Positions 60,056 through 64,000 of a DNA stretch of 64,000 bases are shown here, one piece after another (within the stretch, counting starts at the first letter, position 1; every line of letters starts with the position of its first letter). Below the pieces are notes generated by a model. That model did not search any database, was not told where the DNA came from, and saw only the letters and a list, made by a program, of their open reading frames with translations. This DNA comes from Mustelus asterias. Lineage: Eukaryota. Location of the stretch: positions 124,001 through 188,000 of the forward strand of contig NW_027590163.1 of the NCBI RefSeq assembly GCF_964213995.1, read 5' to 3'. Made by a program: the position numbers and the translations under genes.

Positions 60056-60325
60056 GGGGAATAAGGGATACAGGCGGACGGAAGGAGCATTTGGAATATG
60101 TTCAGTGCAGGGATTTGGGGGTGGTGTTTTGAGATTTTTGTGACAGGTTTGGGTGGTGAGGAATGGGGGTTAGGCAGTTTGTGGGAGGGAGGGAGCATTG
60201 ATCTCCCCGGTTTCAAATCCTCCCCGGGTTTCCACTACACCTGTCTTCAAACTACCATCAGGTACGCCGCCTCATCGTGTTCATATCCACACCAACGTCG
60301 CTCAATCAAAATGTCCAACCAATCA

Positions 60326-60571
60326 ACAGGTTCAGACCCACACCAGGTTCAAACTCACACCAGGTTCAGACACACACCAGGTTCCGGCCCGCACCAGGTT
60401 CAAACTCACACCAGGTTCAGACTCACACCAGGTTCAAACTCACACCAGGTTCAGACTCGCACCAGGTTCAGGCACGCGCCAGGTTCAGGCCCGCGCCAGG
60501 TTCAGGTCCACGCCAGGTTCAGGTCCACGCCAGGTTCAGGCCAGCGCCAGGTTCAGGCACGCACCAGGTTC
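60326..60571 (+). repeat. 17-bp minisatellite (CAGGTTCAGACTCACAC), about 14 units
   Basis: Seen directly. Confidence 0.92.
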
Positions 60572-61029
60572 CATTCCAAATGTTAGAGAGTCTCTCCGGG
60601 TTGTTCCACTCTATCCTGGGATATAGTTACCCTCTTTAACTCTGGAAATCCATTGAATCCATTCAGGTCCTATAATTGTGGCTCCAATTTCAGATTTACA
60701 CTGCAATTGATTCAAAAACCTGGGCATCAGCAATTGAATCTATCTCCTCCAGCTCCTTGTTTCCCAGCAGCCCAGATGAGATGTCCGGAACCGGGGCACC
60801 GGTCAGGCAACACAGCCTTCGAGACTCTCAATCCTGGCCACAGCGAAAGGTGTCTATTTCCCTGACGAACTATCTCCATTTACAACTACATTTACTTTTT
60901 CTCCTCCCTCTTGAATGGCTCCCTGAACCCCCGTGCTGTGGTTAGGTTGTTCATCCTCCTTGCAGCCCCCACCCACATCCTCACAGGGAGCAAGTGTCAC
61001 AAACCTGTTTGTTTAATCATTCGAAGGAC

Positions 61030-61350
61030 ATGGGCGTCCCTGGCTGGCCAGCATTTACTGCCTGTCCCTAGTTGCTCTCTGAGGGTATTGAGAGTCACCA
61101 ACATTGCTGTGACTCTGGTGTCACATGTAGGCCAGACCAGATAAGGACGGCAGGTCTCATTCCCTAAAGGACGTTGGTGAACCAGACAGGTTTTGCAACA
61201 ATGGATTCAGGGTCATCATTCGAATCTTAATCCAGATTTTTTTAAATGAAGTCAAATTCCACCATCTTTCGTGGCGGGATTCGAACCCGGGAGCGCCGAG
61301 CATTAGCCACGTTTCTGGATTAATAGTTGAGCGACAATACAATTAGTTCA
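61030..61350 (-). mobile_element. SINE
   Basis: Same family as 27550-27890 and 63680-64000; reverse B box ggattcgaaccc. Confidence 0.65.
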
Positions 61351-61999
61351 TCACCGACACTGAGACAAGCTTAAGGGCTGGGTCTCCTTCAACAGATTTG
61401 TCACCAAGGCTTGCTTGTAGTCACACTCTCCTATCCCTGACCACTGACCAAATTTGATGTAGTTATTGTAAGGGTTGTGACTTCCTCCTGAAACACAGCG
61501 TCTCGCGAACTCTCCCCCTCCCTGATGTGCCGCAGTGTTCAAAGCTCAGACTCCAGCTCATCAAATCTGAATTGGACATGCTCGATCAACCAACACTTCC
61601 TGCAGATGTGTTCACAAGAAAAGACAAATGGGACTTTTCCGCCATGAGCACTGTGGCCCGAGTTCCCTTTATTGGGTGACAATGTGGCCAAGATGGCTAA
61701 GCCCACTGTGTCCATTGTTGACTCTGAGGTTCCCACTGGGGGAGATAGAGAACAGGAGCCGGAGTGCCTGGAATTCTTTCCAAAGTTCCCGGTGTGCTGG
61801 GAATTGATTTTTCAGGCATGCCTTGGGGCTTCATGGCTTGCAGATGATTGAAGCATTCCCATGGGATGGTATCTCCCAAGCGGACTTGATCGGAAACTGG
61901 CCCAATTCCAGACTCGACCATGCCTCATAACCACGCGGATCCATTGCGATTATTCTTTACTAATAACCTATCACCTGCCTTTCAGTGCCTCTCACGGCT

Positions 62000-63150
62000 G
62001 GTGGGATCAACACCTGGTGCCTTGGTGCCTTGCCAACCTCCCGCCCTCGGGAAGATCAGACTCAGCCCTGGGTGGAGTCATCTTCCCATGAGAATCTCTG
62101 GTGGGGCTGTTCCGGTCGTTGAATGGGGGGGGGGGGAGGTGAGCGGAGAGTGAGAAGCGGGGGGGGGGGGGGGGGGGAGTGGTGTCGTCCAGTAATTGAA
62201 GATTAATCTGGATGGTTTGGTGTCCAAGGAGGCTGTGGGATAGTTTGCTGAAACTGCTTTTAGTGTTTGGACCGCTCTTTCTGCCAGGCCGTTGAATGAT
62301 GGGTAATATGACACTGTCCTCACGTGTCAAATTCTGTTCAACGTCATCTCGTCCACAAATTCCTGACTGATGAAGGGTGGTCCATTTTCAGAAACAAACA
62401 CCTGCAGGATCCCGGTTGTCAAGAAGGGGACGTTAAGTTTCTCCACTCTTGTCCTTGTGTTTGATTAACTCACCCTGTTTACGGCCATCCATTTTGAATC
62501 AGCATCTACCATTACCAGGAACATTGACCCCATGAACGGACCGGCACTGTCCATGTGCAGCCACGCCTACGGCCGTCCTGGCCATTCCCAAGTGTGAAGA
62601 GTAGTGACTGGTGATAGTTCTGCCCTTGTTGATATTGCCAACACTGACCCACGAGCAACTATCTGTATTCATACCTGGCCACCAGACATAGCAACTTGGA
62701 TGATCTTCAGTTTGCCACTCCTGGGTGGTCATGGTAAAGTTCAGCCAGGATGGGAGGGTGAACCTGTCTCAGGGTGAGACTCCTGAACCCCACAGCAGTG
62801 TGCCATCTTCCACAGTCAGCTGCTCTCTGCCACTCCAATATGGGTGCAATGCAGGCTGTAACGGCCTTTTGGATTCCCCCTTCAGCACGAGCTGCTTCGA
62901 TTCATTCAGGAATGGAAAATTTTGCGTCCACAGCTGAATATTATTGGCTGCCAGTGGGAGAGTTTCAAAATAGTTCATGATTACCGTCTCTTCCATTAGG
63001 GATACGACAAGTGCCTGTTAATCGCAGCCAACTTAAGGCATCTGCTTAGCTTCTCGGCCTCCTGGAGGGTGTTCCGATCGATAATGGTAGGCGGACAGTA
63101 ATAAAGCCCACAGCTGGATATGGGCCGATGTTATGGGCTGCAGGTACTTC
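62000..63150 (-). mobile_element. Degenerate Gypsy pol (RNase H and integrase)
   Basis: LTVEDGTLLWG, YVWWPGM, YYPSFNGLAERAVQTLK. Confidence 0.8.
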
Positions 63151-63179
63151 TGGAATTATTTTGTCCAAACTACCAGCGG

Positions 63180-64000
63180 AGACGAGGTGTCACAATGGTT
63201 AGCACTGCTGCCTTATAACGCCAGAGACCTGGGTTCAATTCCTGGCTTGGGTCACTGTGCGGAGTCTGTGATCTCTGTATCTGCGTGGGTGCTCCGGTTT
63301 CCCCCCACAGTCTGAAAGACGTGCTGGTTAGGTGAATTGGGCATGTTAAATTCTCCCTCAGTGTACCCGGACAGGCACCAGTGTGCAGAGACTAGCCGAT
63401 TTTCACAGTAACTTCATTGCAGTGCTCATGTAAGCCTACTTTTGACACTTTATAAATGTTAAACTTCCTCTGAGTATAAATTGTTGAATATCGCTGGGAA
63501 TCCTCATCTAGCTGTTCGTGTAAGTGCACGTGAATAAATTCATAATCGGAAACAAGGATCCTCGTGCCAGATTTGAGTATAGCTCCTCGATCCGAGGGAT
63601 TGGGTATTTATCCAGCTGTGAGAAACAGTTTATCGTTTGTTTAAAATTTCCCAGTGCAAAGTATTTTTATTCACTCTTGGGACTTGGGTGTCGCTGGCTG
63701 GCCAGCATTTATTGGCGATCCCTAGTTGCCCTTGTTCAGAGGGCAATTAAGTGGCAATCACATTGCTGTGACCCTGGAGTCACGTTTAATCCTGACAACG
63801 TAAGGACGGCAGATTTCCTTCCCTGGGACATTAGTGAACCAGATGGGTTTTCCCGAAAATCGACAATGGTTTTATGGTCTCCAGCAGATTCTGAATTCCA
63901 AATATATTTATTCAAATTCCACGATGTGCTGTGACGGGATTCTAACCCGGGTGCCCAGAACATTAGCTGAGCTTCTGTATTAATAGTCTAGTGATAAAAC
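63180..64000. mobile_element. Two SINEs (63180-63460 plus strand; 63680-64000 minus strand)
   Basis: tRNA-like heads; match other copies in this window. Confidence 0.65.

Noticed and set aside
60098-60639. Repeat-protein ORFs or a CRISPR-like array
   Set aside because: A 17-bp unit cycling through frames with no unique spacers; vertebrate context and no cas genes

Overview
Repeat-rich vertebrate DNA, most likely from a cartilaginous fish (inferred from shark-type tRNA-derived SINEs, CR1-clade LINEs, the ~67-bp satellite and shark-style C2H2-ZNF remnants). The dominant feature is a young, apparently intact 9.6-kb minus-strand endogenous retrovirus at 3098-12702. It has 607-bp LTRs with 3 differences by eye, a 4-bp CCTC TSD, an exact tRNA-Pro PBS, gag-UGA-pol in one frame, and a 722-aa Env that resembles a pneumo/paramyxovirus or baculovirus F-type fusogen rather than a gamma-type Env (lokiretrovirus-like). 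Next to it is a decaying tRNA cluster (13.5-31.9 kb) with an intron-containing tRNA-Pro(TGG), an intact tRNA-Lys(CTT), a Cys-body tRNA with an ACA anticodon and about nine pseudo-tRNAs. A frameshifted TCR alpha/delta-like V segment with a 23-RSS sits inside this cluster. The rest holds nested CR1 LINEs and SINEs, a C2H2-ZNF pseudogene, a Penelope-like GIY-YIG element with a minimal hammerhead motif, a CpG-rich promoter, G-rich minisatellites and two Gypsy remnants. All family assignments come from motif recognition by eye; no searches were run, and boundaries of degenerate repeats are approximate.
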